A stretch of DNA of 64,000 bases from an uncultured Gammaproteobacteria bacterium (GCA_964600575.1 CAZRJH010000003.1:17640-81639), one strand, 5' to 3'; numbered from the stretch's first letter, positions 19,755-29,791 are shown. A program made the numbers and translations. Notes: generated from the sequence alone by a model not told the origin.

Positions 19755-20327
19755 ATGACTGCTCGTACTCATAATGCATTTGCGTTCGCTTCGCTTATAA
19801 CTGCCGCCGCATTTATTCCCGTAGATAAAATTAACACCACAACCTTAATATTTGCGGTTATTGGTACAAACATAGGTGCTCTTATTCCTGATATGGATAC
19901 TTCGGGAAATTACCTTTGGGGACTTTTGCCTCAGGGAGATATCTTAGGAAGTTATCTTCGAAGAATCTTTTATAAACACCGAACAATAACCCACTCTCTT
20001 TTGGGATTTTTCTTGATATTTAAGTCTTTGGAGTGGCTTTTGACCAAACTTTTAAACCCCGGTTTTGTGGACCCTTATGTGATTTTGGTAGCAATAATGA
20101 TAGGGTATGCTTCACATCTTCTTTCGGATAGTCTTACCGAGGAAGGCATTCCCCTTCTTTTTCCTTTGCATTTAACTTTTGGAATACCGCCTATCAAAAA
20201 AGTCAGAATAAAAACAGGCGGGTGGTTCGAAAATCTGGTTATATTCCCCGCAATCTGGATTTATTTGGTTTGGTTTGTAAACTTGAATAAAGATACTTTT
20301 CTTTCAATATTTAAAAAACTAGTTTAG
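19755..20327 (+). CDS. YdjM-like membrane metal-dependent hydrolase
   Basis: MTARTH, GALIPDMD, HRTITHSL, GYASHLLSDSLT, GIPLLFP. Confidence 0.9.
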   Translation: MTARTHNAFAFASLITAAAFIPVDKINTTTLIFAVIGTNIGALIPDMDTSGNYLWGLLPQGDILGSYLRRIFYKHRTITHSLLGFFLIFKSLEWLLTKLLNPGFVDPYVILVAIMIGYASHLLSDSLTEEGIPLLFPLHLTFGIPPIKKVRIKTGGWFENLVIFPAIWIYLVWFVNLNKDTFLSIFKKLV

Positions 20328-20337
20328 TTTTCCCCAC

Positions 20338-20371
20338 AAAAAAGCCCCCGTTGGAGAAATTCCTAGGGGGC
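20338..20371 (-). terminator. Rho-independent terminator of the nucleosidase gene
   Basis: GCCCCC/GGGGGC stem with preceding A6 (U-tract on minus), overlapping the stop codon. Confidence 0.55.
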
Positions 20372-21109
20372 CTGGCGGGCAAAATACATAAGTACAAATC
20401 GGAGTGCAACATCGGCGCTGTTTTCTGCAGCTTCCTGATAATGAGATTTGTCTTTCTCACCGTCTGCGTAATCGCTCACGCTTCTAACGGCGATAAAAGG
20501 CACACCATTTTCGGAAGCAACTTTGGCAGCCCAATAAGATTCCATATCCACGACACTGCCGCGGAAGTTTGTTCGGATCACCTCGACTGTTTCCGGGTTG
20601 GAAACAAATACATCGGAAGTAACGCCGCTTTCGGGAATTCCTACATTGGTTAAGCCATGCGCAATTTGGACAAAATCGTCGTTGATATCAATAACATTTC
20701 CGCTTCCAAGATCGTACCAACTGGTTGGAACAACGGTGTCACCGATAGCAAGACTTTCATCAATCCCTCCCGCTATGCCGGAAAAAACTATTGCCTCAAC
20801 ATCAAAATTTTCAATTGTCTTTTGAGTTGAGTTTACGGCGTTTTCGGGACCGACACCTGTTGAGAAGATTACTATTTCGTAACCTCTAAGATCGGCAACG
20901 GTATATAGGATTTCGTCCTCTAAGCACTGAGAAATGATATCCACTCTGCTTTCGACCGCTTGTCGTTCCATCCCAAAGGCGGTAGCCACAAAAATATGGC
21001 TTTGGCCGCTTATTTCGGGGTAACAGGTATTTTGGTTTCCGTTGGAAACGCAACCCGTTAAAAGAACCAAAGAGACAAGTAGTGCAAAGATATGTTTGGA
21101 CACAAACAC
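20363..21109 (-). CDS. MTA/SAH nucleosidase (PNP_UDP family), predicted lipoprotein
   Basis: TGVGPENA, FSGIAGG, VVDMES, VRSVSDYAD; signal peptide with lipobox LLTGC; GAGGAG SD. Confidence 0.85.
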   Translation of the reverse strand: MFVSKHIFALLVSLVLLTGCVSNGNQNTCYPEISGQSHIFVATAFGMERQAVESRVDIISQCLEDEILYTVADLRGYEIVIFSTGVGPENAVNSTQKTIENFDVEAIVFSGIAGGIDESLAIGDTVVPTSWYDLGSGNVIDINDDFVQIAHGLTNVGIPESGVTSDVFVSNPETVEVIRTNFRGSVVDMESYWAAKVASENGVPFIAVRSVSDYADGEKDKSHYQEAAENSADVALRFVLMYFARQAP

Positions 21110-21209
21110 TCCTCGTTACAAGTTAATAATGTCAAACTATGCAAGCTGACAAGGCTAAATTCTAGCAGAAAACTCTCAAGAAGTCAATACTATGGGGTTA
21201 CAAAATAAA

Positions 21210-21719
21210 CTACCCAAGAAGCTTTTCAAGTTTATCGAGGGCCTCGTTGAAGTCGTCCGCGTTGTCCAAATTCAATCTACCTTCGGTCGTGTAGTTCTTC
21301 TTAAGCGTCATGCGGGACGATTCGGGGGAAATAACAATATAGTCCATTACCACCTCTCTGGGCTCGTCTGTTCCTACAATAAATTTCCCGAAATAGGCTT
21401 CCTCGTCACCGTAACTATTTGGGTTGTAATACGGCAAAATGATAATAGTTAGTCCTTTTTTGTGCGAAAGTTCGGCTCCAACACCTACGGCTTCTTGGCC
21501 GGGAAGAATATAATCAAAAAAAGCTAGCGCTATGGCCAGGCCAGGTTTGTGGGAATTCAGAGCTTCTGCAATGTTTTTTCCATGCTTAAGATCTGCCTCC
21601 AAAGATATAATTTTGATTTCATGCTTAAAACCTTCGGCTAGTTGCTTTATGCGTGAGTCCATCCTTATAGCGTCGGCAAAAGCCGTTACCACAAGCGATT
21701 CCTTTGTTTCTTTTTCCAT
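21210..21719 (-). CDS. Hypothetical protein (weak receiver-domain-like segment)
   Basis: TGGTAAAAT 6 nt before ATG; ALAFFDYILPG resembles REC beta3 DxxLPG. Confidence 0.5.
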   Translation of the reverse strand: MEKETKESLVVTAFADAIRMDSRIKQLAEGFKHEIKIISLEADLKHGKNIAEALNSHKPGLAIALAFFDYILPGQEAVGVGAELSHKKGLTIIILPYYNPNSYGDEEAYFGKFIVGTDEPREVVMDYIVISPESSRMTLKKNYTTEGRLNLDNADDFNEALDKLEKLLG

Positions 21720-21906
21720 TTGCGAATTTTACCATGCATTTCAAGAAAACCACGTCATTTAACGGCATGGATGAATTGAACGCAGGGCGAAAATTGGTTT
21801 TGCAACCTTAAAAAACGGAGTATATTTTACTTCGGCAGTTTTACACCTTTTCCTGTAAAAAGCATAAAAAAGATGGTAGTATCTTTTTGCGGGTATAGTT
21901 TTATAT

Positions 21907-22470
21907 ATGGAAAATCAAGCTCAACAAAACAGTCCCCCTTACGAATTTTCAGAAAACAAAACAAATCTTATTGCTCTCGGTATTGCTTTGGGTTTAGTAG
22001 CTTTGGGATTTTTCTTTTTTACAAAAATGAATTCAAAGCAAGAAAAAATTAGCGACTATACAAGTCCTACTTCGGCAGCTACAATAACATCTGGTTCGGC
22101 CCCGACGCCTCAAACTTCGGTAGCCGCCAAAAAACAAATTATGGATAACGGGCTAGAAATTCAAGATTTGGTAGTAGGAACAGGGGCAGAAGCAACTGTA
22201 GGAAAAAAGATTACCGTTAACTATACGGGAACACTTACCGACGGCACAAAGTTTGATAGCTCCAAAGATCATGGAACACCTTTTAGCTTTACACTTGGCG
22301 CGGGACAGGTCATCCAAGGTTGGGATCAGGGATTTGCAGGAATGAAAATAGGCGGAAAAAGAAAACTCACTATCCCGGCAAGTTTGGGTTATGGCGATAG
22401 CGGTGTACCTGGTGCTATTCCTCCCGGGGCAACTTTGATATTCGAAGTTGAACTTCTTAAGGTTGAATAA
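21907..22470 (+). CDS. Membrane-anchored FKBP-type peptidyl-prolyl isomerase
   Basis: [38 protein letters not shown]; N-terminal TM. Confidence 0.95.
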   Translation: MENQAQQNSPPYEFSENKTNLIALGIALGLVALGFFFFTKMNSKQEKISDYTSPTSAATITSGSAPTPQTSVAAKKQIMDNGLEIQDLVVGTGAEATVGKKITVNYTGTLTDGTKFDSSKDHGTPFSFTLGAGQVIQGWDQGFAGMKIGGKRKLTIPASLGYGDSGVPGAIPPGATLIFEVELLKVE

Positions 22471-22545
22471 CTTTATAACCGATAGTTTGCAAACAAAAAC
22501 TTCTTTTTGTACAATTCAGCGGTTCAGATTTAAAATGGAGAAGCT

Positions 22546-23064
22546 ATGAGCTCGTTTAAAAATTCCAAACTGTTAGGGCTTTTGGTTGCGGTAGCCATTT
22601 CGGGTTTGATTATCATTTTTCGAGAGCAAATTGCGGCGCTTGCGGGATACGGCTATGCAGGCCTGTTTCTTTTGAATGTTTTCGGAAGCGCGACGCTTTT
22701 TTTGCCGACACCGCTATTTCTAACTACCGTTGCTGCAGCTTCGGTTCTCAATCCTTTTTGGGTAACAATTGTTGCGGCAGCAGGCGGGACCATTGGTGAG
22801 CTGACTGGTTATTTGGCTGGCAAAAGCGGTTCAGAGATTGTAAGCAGTCATGCGGAACGCATACAAGGGTGGATGGAAAAGTATGGAGCCTTTGCCCTTT
22901 TTGTGCTAGCCGCAATCCCAAACCCGTTGTTTGACATAGCCGGAATTATCGCTGGAGCAACAGGTATTCCTGTTTGGAAATATCTGCTGGCTCTTTTTTT
23001 CGGCAAAATAATCAAATTCGGCGCTTTGGCGTTTTTTGGTTACCAAACCATCAAGTTGTTTTAG
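22546..23064 (+). CDS. DedA/VTT (SNARE-associated) membrane protein
   Basis: LFLPTP, GGTIGELTGYLAG, IPNPLFDIAGIIAG. Confidence 0.85.
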   Translation: MSSFKNSKLLGLLVAVAISGLIIIFREQIAALAGYGYAGLFLLNVFGSATLFLPTPLFLTTVAAASVLNPFWVTIVAAAGGTIGELTGYLAGKSGSEIVSSHAERIQGWMEKYGAFALFVLAAIPNPLFDIAGIIAGATGIPVWKYLLALFFGKIIKFGALAFFGYQTIKLF

Positions 23065-23068
23065 GTCC

Positions 23069-23105
23069 AAAGGCCTGCACTTTTTAACGGTGCAGGCCTT
23101 TTTTT
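23069..23105 (+). terminator. Rho-independent terminator
   Basis: AGGCCTGCAC/GTGCAGGCCT perfect stem followed by a T run. Confidence 0.85.
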
Positions 23106-23166
23106 GTTAATAAACCTTGCAAACCTGTTAAACTGGAATAATAATTTAGAAAAGGAGGTGATTTTG

Positions 23167-23580
23167 ATGATTAATTTATCAACTAATTGGTTGCCTATAG
23201 CTGCTTCTGCAATTGCATCTATGGTTTTGGGATTTGTTTGGTATTCAAAAGTACTTTTCGGTCAGGAGTGGGCGGAGCTCACAAAAATCCCCCTAAAAGA
23301 AATGACACCCAAAAAAGGTGCAGCAAAAGTTTATTTATTGGGGACTATAAGCGCATTTGTTACCGCTTTTGTTCTAAAACAATTTATAGATCTTTTTTAT
23401 ATTGTTAATGTAATGGACGCCCTGCAGCTTGCTTTTTGGATTTGGTTTGGTTTTTGTGCAACCGTCTTACTAACGGGTGTTTTGTATAAAAAAGAATCCT
23501 GGAAGCTTTTTATAATTAATGCGGGCTATCAGTTGGCAAGCCTAATGGCTATGGCTGCCATCTTTAGTTATTGGCAGTAA
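23167..23580 (+). CDS. DUF1761-like membrane protein
   Basis: NWLPI...LGFVWYSKVLFGQEW...FIINAGY; AGGAGG SD before ATG 23167. Confidence 0.75.
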   Translation: MINLSTNWLPIAASAIASMVLGFVWYSKVLFGQEWAELTKIPLKEMTPKKGAAKVYLLGTISAFVTAFVLKQFIDLFYIVNVMDALQLAFWIWFGFCATVLLTGVLYKKESWKLFIINAGYQLASLMAMAAIFSYWQ

Positions 23581-23594
23581 GTAAATAAAAGAAA

Positions 23595-24173
23595 ATGGGA
23601 AAATTCCTGCTCGGTATATTTGCTTTGGCCGTATTCGCCGGGGCTATCTATCTTTTTGCGTTTCATAAAAACGGATTTGAATTTAGCTCGGGTGGTATTT
23701 CTATCGGCCGTGCAACAATGTCTTTTAGTAGTCAGGAATTTAGAAACGGCGGGGAGATTCCTATACGCTTCACTTGCGATGGAGAAAATGTAATCCCTCC
23801 TATGACTATAGACAGAACCCCGGGTGATGCTTCGAGTTTGGTGATAATTATAGAAGACACAAATTCAAAACCGGAGGGATTTACTCATTGGCTTATCTAT
23901 AATATCGATCCCTCGAGGCAAAATATAGAATTTGGCAAGACCCCGGAAGAAGCCGAAACCGGCAGAAACGATTTTGGTAATGTGGGCTACGGCGGTCCTT
24001 GCCCACCTCAGGCGGAGGCGCATAAATACAACTTTAAAGTTTATGCTCTTAAAACAAAGCTTGCCATCGAAGGTAACGCCACCCGTACAGAAGTAGAAAG
24101 GGCAATGCAAGGAATGATAATTGCCCAAGGTGGTTTTAGCGGAATTTACACCAACCAGTTCGCAACCAGATGA
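23595..24173 (+). CDS. YbhB/YbcL (PEBP/Raf-kinase-inhibitor-like) protein
   Basis: FTCDGEN, FTHWLIYNI, GYGGPCPP, HKYNFKVYAL. Confidence 0.92.
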   Translation: MGKFLLGIFALAVFAGAIYLFAFHKNGFEFSSGGISIGRATMSFSSQEFRNGGEIPIRFTCDGENVIPPMTIDRTPGDASSLVIIIEDTNSKPEGFTHWLIYNIDPSRQNIEFGKTPEEAETGRNDFGNVGYGGPCPPQAEAHKYNFKVYALKTKLAIEGNATRTEVERAMQGMIIAQGGFSGIYTNQFATR

Positions 24174-24185
24174 TACAATCCTCGG

Positions 24186-25286
24186 GTGAGAAATAAATTT
24201 TTTAAATATAAAGGCGGCAAGCTCCAACTCCCCGTATTTTTCCCCGACGCAACACGGGGTGTTCTAAAATCTTTAGATAGTTTAGATATCAAAAATACAC
24301 AAACTCCCGGAGTTCTCGTAAATACTTATCATTTATGGCACGGCCTTCCTCAAAAAATACTTAACGAATTTGGAGGGATTAGGCAATTTATGAATTGGCA
24401 GGGTGCTGTTATATCGGATTCGGGAGGATTCCAGGTTATGTCTGTTATTAAAAAGGGTGTCACCAAAGGAAAAATAAAAGACGAAGGAATTGTTATGTAT
24501 CCCGGTAAAAACAGAAGGTTGGTTTTTAGCCCCGAAGATTCAATAAGATTTCAGATGAACCTGGAAACGGATATGGTTGTGGTTTTAGACGATTTTACAG
24601 ATCCCGACGGAGATAAATCGGATGCTACAGAATCCGTAGAAAGAACTGTTATGTGGGCCGAAAGGTCAAAAAAAGAATTCGAAAAAATTTGCAAAAAGAA
24701 GGGTTTATCCAAAGAAGAAAGGCCATATCTATTGGGAGTAGTTCAGGGTGGGGAGTTTGCCGATGTTCGCAAAGATTGTGCAGTTAGACTAGGGAGAATA
24801 GGCTTCGACGGCTTTGGTTGGGGCGGTTGGCCAATAAACAAAGAGGGAAATTTGGATTTGGAAAGCGCAAAAATTATTTCGGAAAACGCACCCGAAGATT
24901 ATTTACTTTATGGTTTGGGAGTGGGTAAGCCCGAAGATATTGTTGAGAGCGTTAAATTGGGATTTGGAATTTTTGACTGTGTTTTGCCCACCAGGGACGG
25001 GAGACACGGCAGATTGTATGTTTTTGATGCTCCCGATATCTCGCAAATAAATTTACAAAACTCTGACTTCTATCATTTTTATGATGCAAAAAAAGAGAAA
25101 CATTTAACCGATAAGTCGCCCGTAAGTACTGCTTGCGATTGTCTTTTGTGCACAAATTACTCACGCGGCTATCTGTCACATTTATTTAAAATAGGAGATG
25201 TAACCGCTATGCGTTTGGCTTCTATTCACAACCTGCGTTTCTACTCAATTCTCATGGAGAAGCTTAAAGATAGTTCTCCATTCTAA
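24186..25286 (+). CDS. tgt: tRNA-guanine transglycosylase
   Basis: NTYHL, DSGGFQV, GVVQGG, FDCVLPTRDGRHG, Zn site CDCLLC...HN. Confidence 0.95.
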   Translation: MRNKFFKYKGGKLQLPVFFPDATRGVLKSLDSLDIKNTQTPGVLVNTYHLWHGLPQKILNEFGGIRQFMNWQGAVISDSGGFQVMSVIKKGVTKGKIKDEGIVMYPGKNRRLVFSPEDSIRFQMNLETDMVVVLDDFTDPDGDKSDATESVERTVMWAERSKKEFEKICKKKGLSKEERPYLLGVVQGGEFADVRKDCAVRLGRIGFDGFGWGGWPINKEGNLDLESAKIISENAPEDYLLYGLGVGKPEDIVESVKLGFGIFDCVLPTRDGRHGRLYVFDAPDISQINLQNSDFYHFYDAKKEKHLTDKSPVSTACDCLLCTNYSRGYLSHLFKIGDVTAMRLASIHNLRFYSILMEKLKDSSPF

Positions 25287-25373
25287 ATTTTTAATCAAAC
25301 CTATTTTGCGAGGGGTTGACAAATGCAATCATGGGCATATATACTGACGCACTTGTAAGGGTAGCCTTAAAAA

Positions 25374-26054
25374 ATGGAAGAAAATCAAAATTCACAACCT
25401 CAAGAAACATATAGTCCTCAAGAACAAAGCGGCGTTTCCTTTCCCACAATAAATCCCGAACCAAAAAAATCAGGCGGACCAAAAATGTTTTTGATAATCG
25501 GAATTTTAATCCTGGTTGCAATACTCGGTTTTGTTATTTATAAAAGTGCGACTAAAAAATCAGATGCCCCCGAAGCTACTCCTTTTGCAAATTTAACAAC
25601 CACTGACACACCAAGCAGTTTCCCTACACCCACACCCACACCCGTCGGAACACCTAAAGCTTCTATAGATAAATCTAAAATAGTTATCGAGATTCAAAAT
25701 GGAACAGGAATAACAGGTGAAGCGGGTTATTTGCAAACACAACTCAAAAGCTTGGGTTACACAAATACCAAAGTTGGAAACGCGCCGACTCAGGATGCAA
25801 CGGCAACAACGGTTACTTTTTCTTCCAAACTTGATGCAAGCATAGTTTCGGAACTTACACAAAAATTAAATTCTCTTTATCAAACAGTTACAACCAAAAC
25901 ATCAACATCTCAAACCTCCGATGTTATCGTGGTAACGGGAGTCAGAAAAGGAGCATCGGCTTCTTCTACGGCAACCCCAAGAGCAACCGCATCCCCAACG
26001 GGAACACCTAAGGCAACTGTTTCTCCAACTCCCAAGGCAACAACAACCCCTTAA
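25374..26054 (+). CDS. Membrane protein with LytR C-terminal domain and Pro/Thr-rich linkers
   Basis: IEIQNGTGITGEAG...LKSLGY...VGNA...DVIVVTG; N-terminal TM. Confidence 0.8.
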   Translation: MEENQNSQPQETYSPQEQSGVSFPTINPEPKKSGGPKMFLIIGILILVAILGFVIYKSATKKSDAPEATPFANLTTTDTPSSFPTPTPTPVGTPKASIDKSKIVIEIQNGTGITGEAGYLQTQLKSLGYTNTKVGNAPTQDATATTVTFSSKLDASIVSELTQKLNSLYQTVTTKTSTSQTSDVIVVTGVRKGASASSTATPRATASPTGTPKATVSPTPKATTTP

Positions 26055-26080
26055 TTTCCCCTGTGCTAGAATGATTCTAA

Positions 26081-26536
26081 ATGGAGCTCTTTTTTGAGTA
26101 TTTTTCAAAGACTATTGATGTGGACCTGTTGGGCAAAAACATTCCTGTTCCTTACGTACAAGTTTCACTTCTCGTTTTTCTTATCTTTCTCTTGATTCTT
26201 ACAATGGCTCAGTACAGAAGACATACAGTTGACTACTCATTCAAAGGTGCAGGCTTCGGAATACTTTTTGGTTTTATGCTGGCCCTTACCCTTGAAGGTT
26301 TTTTACTGGTAAAGGGAAGTACTGCAATTACCTCACTATTAGGCTGGAAAAATGCACCCAAGCCGATAAGTGTTATGCTTGATTCGGGTAGAACAAAGCT
26401 GGAGCAAGTTTTGGGCATGCAGGATAGTGCCCAAGCAGTTGTTAAATCCAGTATTCCCCAAGAAGCAATAAAAGTTTTTCAAGGTCTTACCCCCCAGGAT
26501 AGAGAGAAAATTAAGAGCCTAATTTGTACTCCGTAA
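26081..26536 (+). CDS. Hypothetical membrane protein
   Basis: Two TM segments; 151 aa. Confidence 0.65.
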   Translation: MELFFEYFSKTIDVDLLGKNIPVPYVQVSLLVFLIFLLILTMAQYRRHTVDYSFKGAGFGILFGFMLALTLEGFLLVKGSTAITSLLGWKNAPKPISVMLDSGRTKLEQVLGMQDSAQAVVKSSIPQEAIKVFQGLTPQDREKIKSLICTP

Positions 26537-26575
26537 AGCCTTCCAATTTACGATTTAGATAAGTAGCCTATAATC

Positions 26576-26604
26576 TTGACATTTGATCAAAAATACTGTA
26601 TGAT
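26576..26604 (+). promoter_or_regulatory. Sigma70-type promoter of module unit 1
   Basis: TTGACA-17 nt-TATGAT. Confidence 0.75.
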
Positions 26605-26711
26605 TCCCACTGGAGTTAGGTCTTTGTCCTTTTTGGGAATGTAAGCCCTAACTTTATTTTTGTTTGTACATTAACAAACCAAGAATATAAAAAAACAAGT
26701 TAAAAGGTTTT

Positions 26712-26795
26712 CTCCTTTTGGTGCCGACGAAAGAGACCAGCTCTGAAACATTAGAGATGGCATCTTTTAATCGGCATCAAGAAATATGGAAGGAG
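26712..26795 (+). promoter_or_regulatory. Structured 5' leader with SD-sequestering stem
   Basis: CTCCTT (26712-17) complements AAGGAG (26790-95); TTGGTGCCGA/TCGGCATCAA stem encloses nested AAAGA/TCTTT, CCA/TGG, CTCTGA/TTAGAG pairs. Confidence 0.55.
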
Positions 26796-26798
26796 CCT

Positions 26799-28847
26799 AT
26801 GAAAGTTAACAACCGTTTGTTTTGGGTTCTTTTGGTGTTCGTCGGTGCGCTTACATTTGCTTCCATAGCATGTGGTTCCAGCGCTCCCGAGACTCCTCAA
26901 GGTCCCACTGTAACACCCGGTCCAATGCCCACACCTACGCTGCGTGCATACGTGCCACCCCCTGATGAAGGGCCAAAGTACGGAATTTCGCAGATATCTA
27001 CGGGTGCTGGAAACATTTCCAACGAGGTGATCGGTAGCCGCATGAACCAGAACGCTTTTACAATTGGTTTGGCGGTCGGATTGATCATTATCGCTATTGG
27101 AATCTGGTTTGTCCCCGCTAACTGGTGGTTAATTGCACTTCTTGTTGTTTCGTATGTTGGCGGAAATATCACCAACAACAGTATCCAAAGTGGGATACCG
27201 CAGAAACAATCCGAAGTTGCGCAGGTACTGCAAAATGACTCGATCACGAACGGCATGAGTTTCGCCGCCCGGGCTCAAGCTCAAAATAACCAGTATATTT
27301 ATGCAACCATCAAGCAAATCGGGATCGACAGCGTTCCTTGCCAAGGCGGAGATCACGGTTATCGCGATTTCTGTGGACAAAACACCCCCTACTACAATCA
27401 CTGGACCACAGACTACCCATGTGGTACTGATGAAGACGGGGACACAATCTACTGTGATGAAGATCACTACGAGAATTGGCTGGACCGCATCGACAAATAC
27501 TGGATCGTTTTGGACACCAAGGCTAAATACCTTGATGAACAGATCTATCATCAGAAATGCATGTCACCCGACGGTAAGACGGTTTCCGAATGTCATCGCG
27601 ATGAGTACGGTAAGATAGATGACAAAAGTAATCCGGTTTTCTACCTCCACGGCGACTGGCGTGCCCCTGAAGATGTAAACGCTCACAGACAGTCCAGTTC
27701 ATCGATCTTTGGCACAAGCTATGTTGATATGGGACAGGTGAATAACCGTGTACCCCTCGACTGGGCCAATGTCCGAGACAATAGCGTGTCCTGCAACGGA
27801 ACCGATTACTGCGGCAGCAACTTTGTTGCTACGGTGGTTGGTCCCTACCTTAACTACGGTTTTGCCTCTGGATCACAGCTTTTCGAACCGGTGACGAACC
27901 ACTACCAAAAGCTATTACAGCTGGCGGTTTTGCCAACTCCCCACGGCGCGGCTTTCCAAGAGAAAGATGCGTTCGGCAAAGACTCGGTTTTACAGACCAG
28001 TCTCTATGGAGTTGATGCCGACTTGCCACTTCACCTCGACCCTGTGGCTATCGTCGGATCTTGTATTTCTCAGGACAACATCGCCGGCTTCTCGGCTTAT
28101 GCGATGCAGTTCCAGGGGAGTTTCGGACCGATCAAGCAAGGAAGTGCGCGTTGGTATATTGTTTGCGACAGCATCGTTGCACAAATGAGTGGAATGCAAA
28201 ACACGGTTACAGCCATCAAGGCCTACGAACGTGATCCCAATGTGCACGGCAAGTTCTCTATGCCCAAAAATCTGGTCGACATTGTTATATCCGTAAGTGA
28301 GGATGGGCAGTGTATAACCGGACGCGGTATGGAAACCGGTATGCCTGCAGGCAACGACCAAGTCCAAATGGACATGCTCGAATCAATTCCTGGCGGCCAG
28401 TGTGTCCCGTTCACGAAAGAAAACGTGTTCGGTACATTTACCTCTGGCTATACGGGAACGACATCAACCCAAACCAATGCGAATGTCGCCGAAGGAAGCG
28501 TAAGTACTTCTACCATTCTGAGCTATCAGTACTCTGACATGACTCAGGCGGGCGGTACGATCGGCATCCTCTACGCGACAGACCCGAACTATGTGCCCCC
28601 CGATCCGTCGGCTCCGGGATGTGTAATTCCAAAGGCTGACCACAAGGGTTTTGTTCGATATGATCCTTGTAACTACTTCTACCAACAGTCGGATGTTCAA
28701 ATTAATCAGGACGGATACGACTTGATTATGCGGGATATTCAGACCAAGGCGGTCGATTATGTGGATGTAATCTGGGGTTGGGTTTGGCTCGTCTTGGCTG
28801 TGGTCATACTGATCTTATCAGCCGGCGGGAAACTGCAACTTTTCTAA
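26799..28847 (+). CDS. Large Cys-rich membrane-anchored extracytoplasmic protein (putative lipoprotein)
   Basis: SD AAGGAG before ATG 26799; lipobox-like SIAC; two TMs, Cys-rich domain, C-terminal TM. Confidence 0.75.
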   Translation: MKVNNRLFWVLLVFVGALTFASIACGSSAPETPQGPTVTPGPMPTPTLRAYVPPPDEGPKYGISQISTGAGNISNEVIGSRMNQNAFTIGLAVGLIIIAIGIWFVPANWWLIALLVVSYVGGNITNNSIQSGIPQKQSEVAQVLQNDSITNGMSFAARAQAQNNQYIYATIKQIGIDSVPCQGGDHGYRDFCGQNTPYYNHWTTDYPCGTDEDGDTIYCDEDHYENWLDRIDKYWIVLDTKAKYLDEQIYHQKCMSPDGKTVSECHRDEYGKIDDKSNPVFYLHGDWRAPEDVNAHRQSSSSIFGTSYVDMGQVNNRVPLDWANVRDNSVSCNGTDYCGSNFVATVVGPYLNYGFASGSQLFEPVTNHYQKLLQLAVLPTPHGAAFQEKDAFGKDSVLQTSLYGVDADLPLHLDPVAIVGSCISQDNIAGFSAYAMQFQGSFGPIKQGSARWYIVCDSIVAQMSGMQNTVTAIKAYERDPNVHGKFSMPKNLVDIVISVSEDGQCITGRGMETGMPAGNDQVQMDMLESIPGGQCVPFTKENVFGTFTSGYTGTTSTQTNANVAEGSVSTSTILSYQYSDMTQAGGTIGILYATDPNYVPPDPSAPGCVIPKADHKGFVRYDPCNYFYQQSDVQINQDGYDLIMRDIQTKAVDYVDVIWGWVWLVLAVVILILSAGGKLQLF

Positions 28848-28867
28848 AAATTCATCAAGGAGAAAAT

Positions 28868-29791
28868 ATGAATCAGCTCAAAAAGCTTTTTCTTTTCTTT
28901 GCGGCGGCAACAATTTTGCTGTCCGCCTGCGCTCCATCGGCCCCATCGCCGGTGAATACTGTCCTTCCTGGTGTAGATCTCACAAAGAGTATCCAGGATT
29001 TCAATGCTTGGTACACCAAAACGGTCAACCAACAGGCTGATCTTCAGGTCAATGTACTCGCCTTTGACGGCGTGTACTCCAAGTATTACTCGACAATGAG
29101 TGCGCTGGTTGCCAACAACGCGAACTGCTACGTGAATGTCAAAAACACAGAGCAACCGCTTCTCGAGGCAACTTTTAACCCGAATCAAGATCAAGGCACG
29201 CTCATCAACGCGCTGGTCACCAACACCATTGGCGGCGAGCTGGCGACAAGTATTTGTGCCGAAGGTAACGAGAAAATTGCGAATTTCGTGATCAGCGGAC
29301 GCCAGGAAGTCTACGATGCCTACATCAAAATGCAGGAATCGGCAGTGTTCTTCGTTCGCGACCTGAACAACACCATTCCTGTCAAAGTCGGCAACGATTT
29401 CCTGCAGACCTATGGCGACCCGAACATTGCGGAGCAGAAAATGCGTGACGCCGGAATTCCCGGACTCACAGATTTTCAATTTCCTCCCAACGAGCAACTC
29501 TTCTATGTGATGCCCGGCAATAAGGAAATTTGTGATTACTACATCACAGGCGCATTCAAGCAATATCTGCCTCCTCCGATCTTGAACAAGTTCTATGGGC
29601 ACGACGAATCGCTTATGCGACGCTACGGCGCCCAGTGGACACCTCCACTCGGTGGGTCGAACGGATCTTGCAAGTTGTTCGCTCAGGCGGCGCTTGATCA
29701 AATCATGACCCCGATCATGAATCAAAATGCCTCCAACGCCATCAATACCGGCGTTGACAACGGCAATGAGATTCCGACGGTAACCCCATAG
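28868..29791 (+). CDS. Lipoprotein, possibly LemA-like helical domain
   Basis: SD AAGGAG; lipobox LSAC; amphipathic helices ...FVISGRQEVYDAYIKMQE... Confidence 0.65.
   Translation: MNQLKKLFLFFAAATILLSACAPSAPSPVNTVLPGVDLTKSIQDFNAWYTKTVNQQADLQVNVLAFDGVYSKYYSTMSALVANNANCYVNVKNTEQPLLEATFNPNQDQGTLINALVTNTIGGELATSICAEGNEKIANFVISGRQEVYDAYIKMQESAVFFVRDLNNTIPVKVGNDFLQTYGDPNIAEQKMRDAGIPGLTDFQFPPNEQLFYVMPGNKEICDYYITGAFKQYLPPPILNKFYGHDESLMRRYGAQWTPPLGGSNGSCKLFAQAALDQIMTPIMNQNASNAINTGVDNGNEIPTVTP

Noticed and set aside
26718-26798. Upstream TTG start of the 709-aa ORF
   Set aside because: Lies within the leader hairpin; ATG 26799 has an SD and begins a signal peptide
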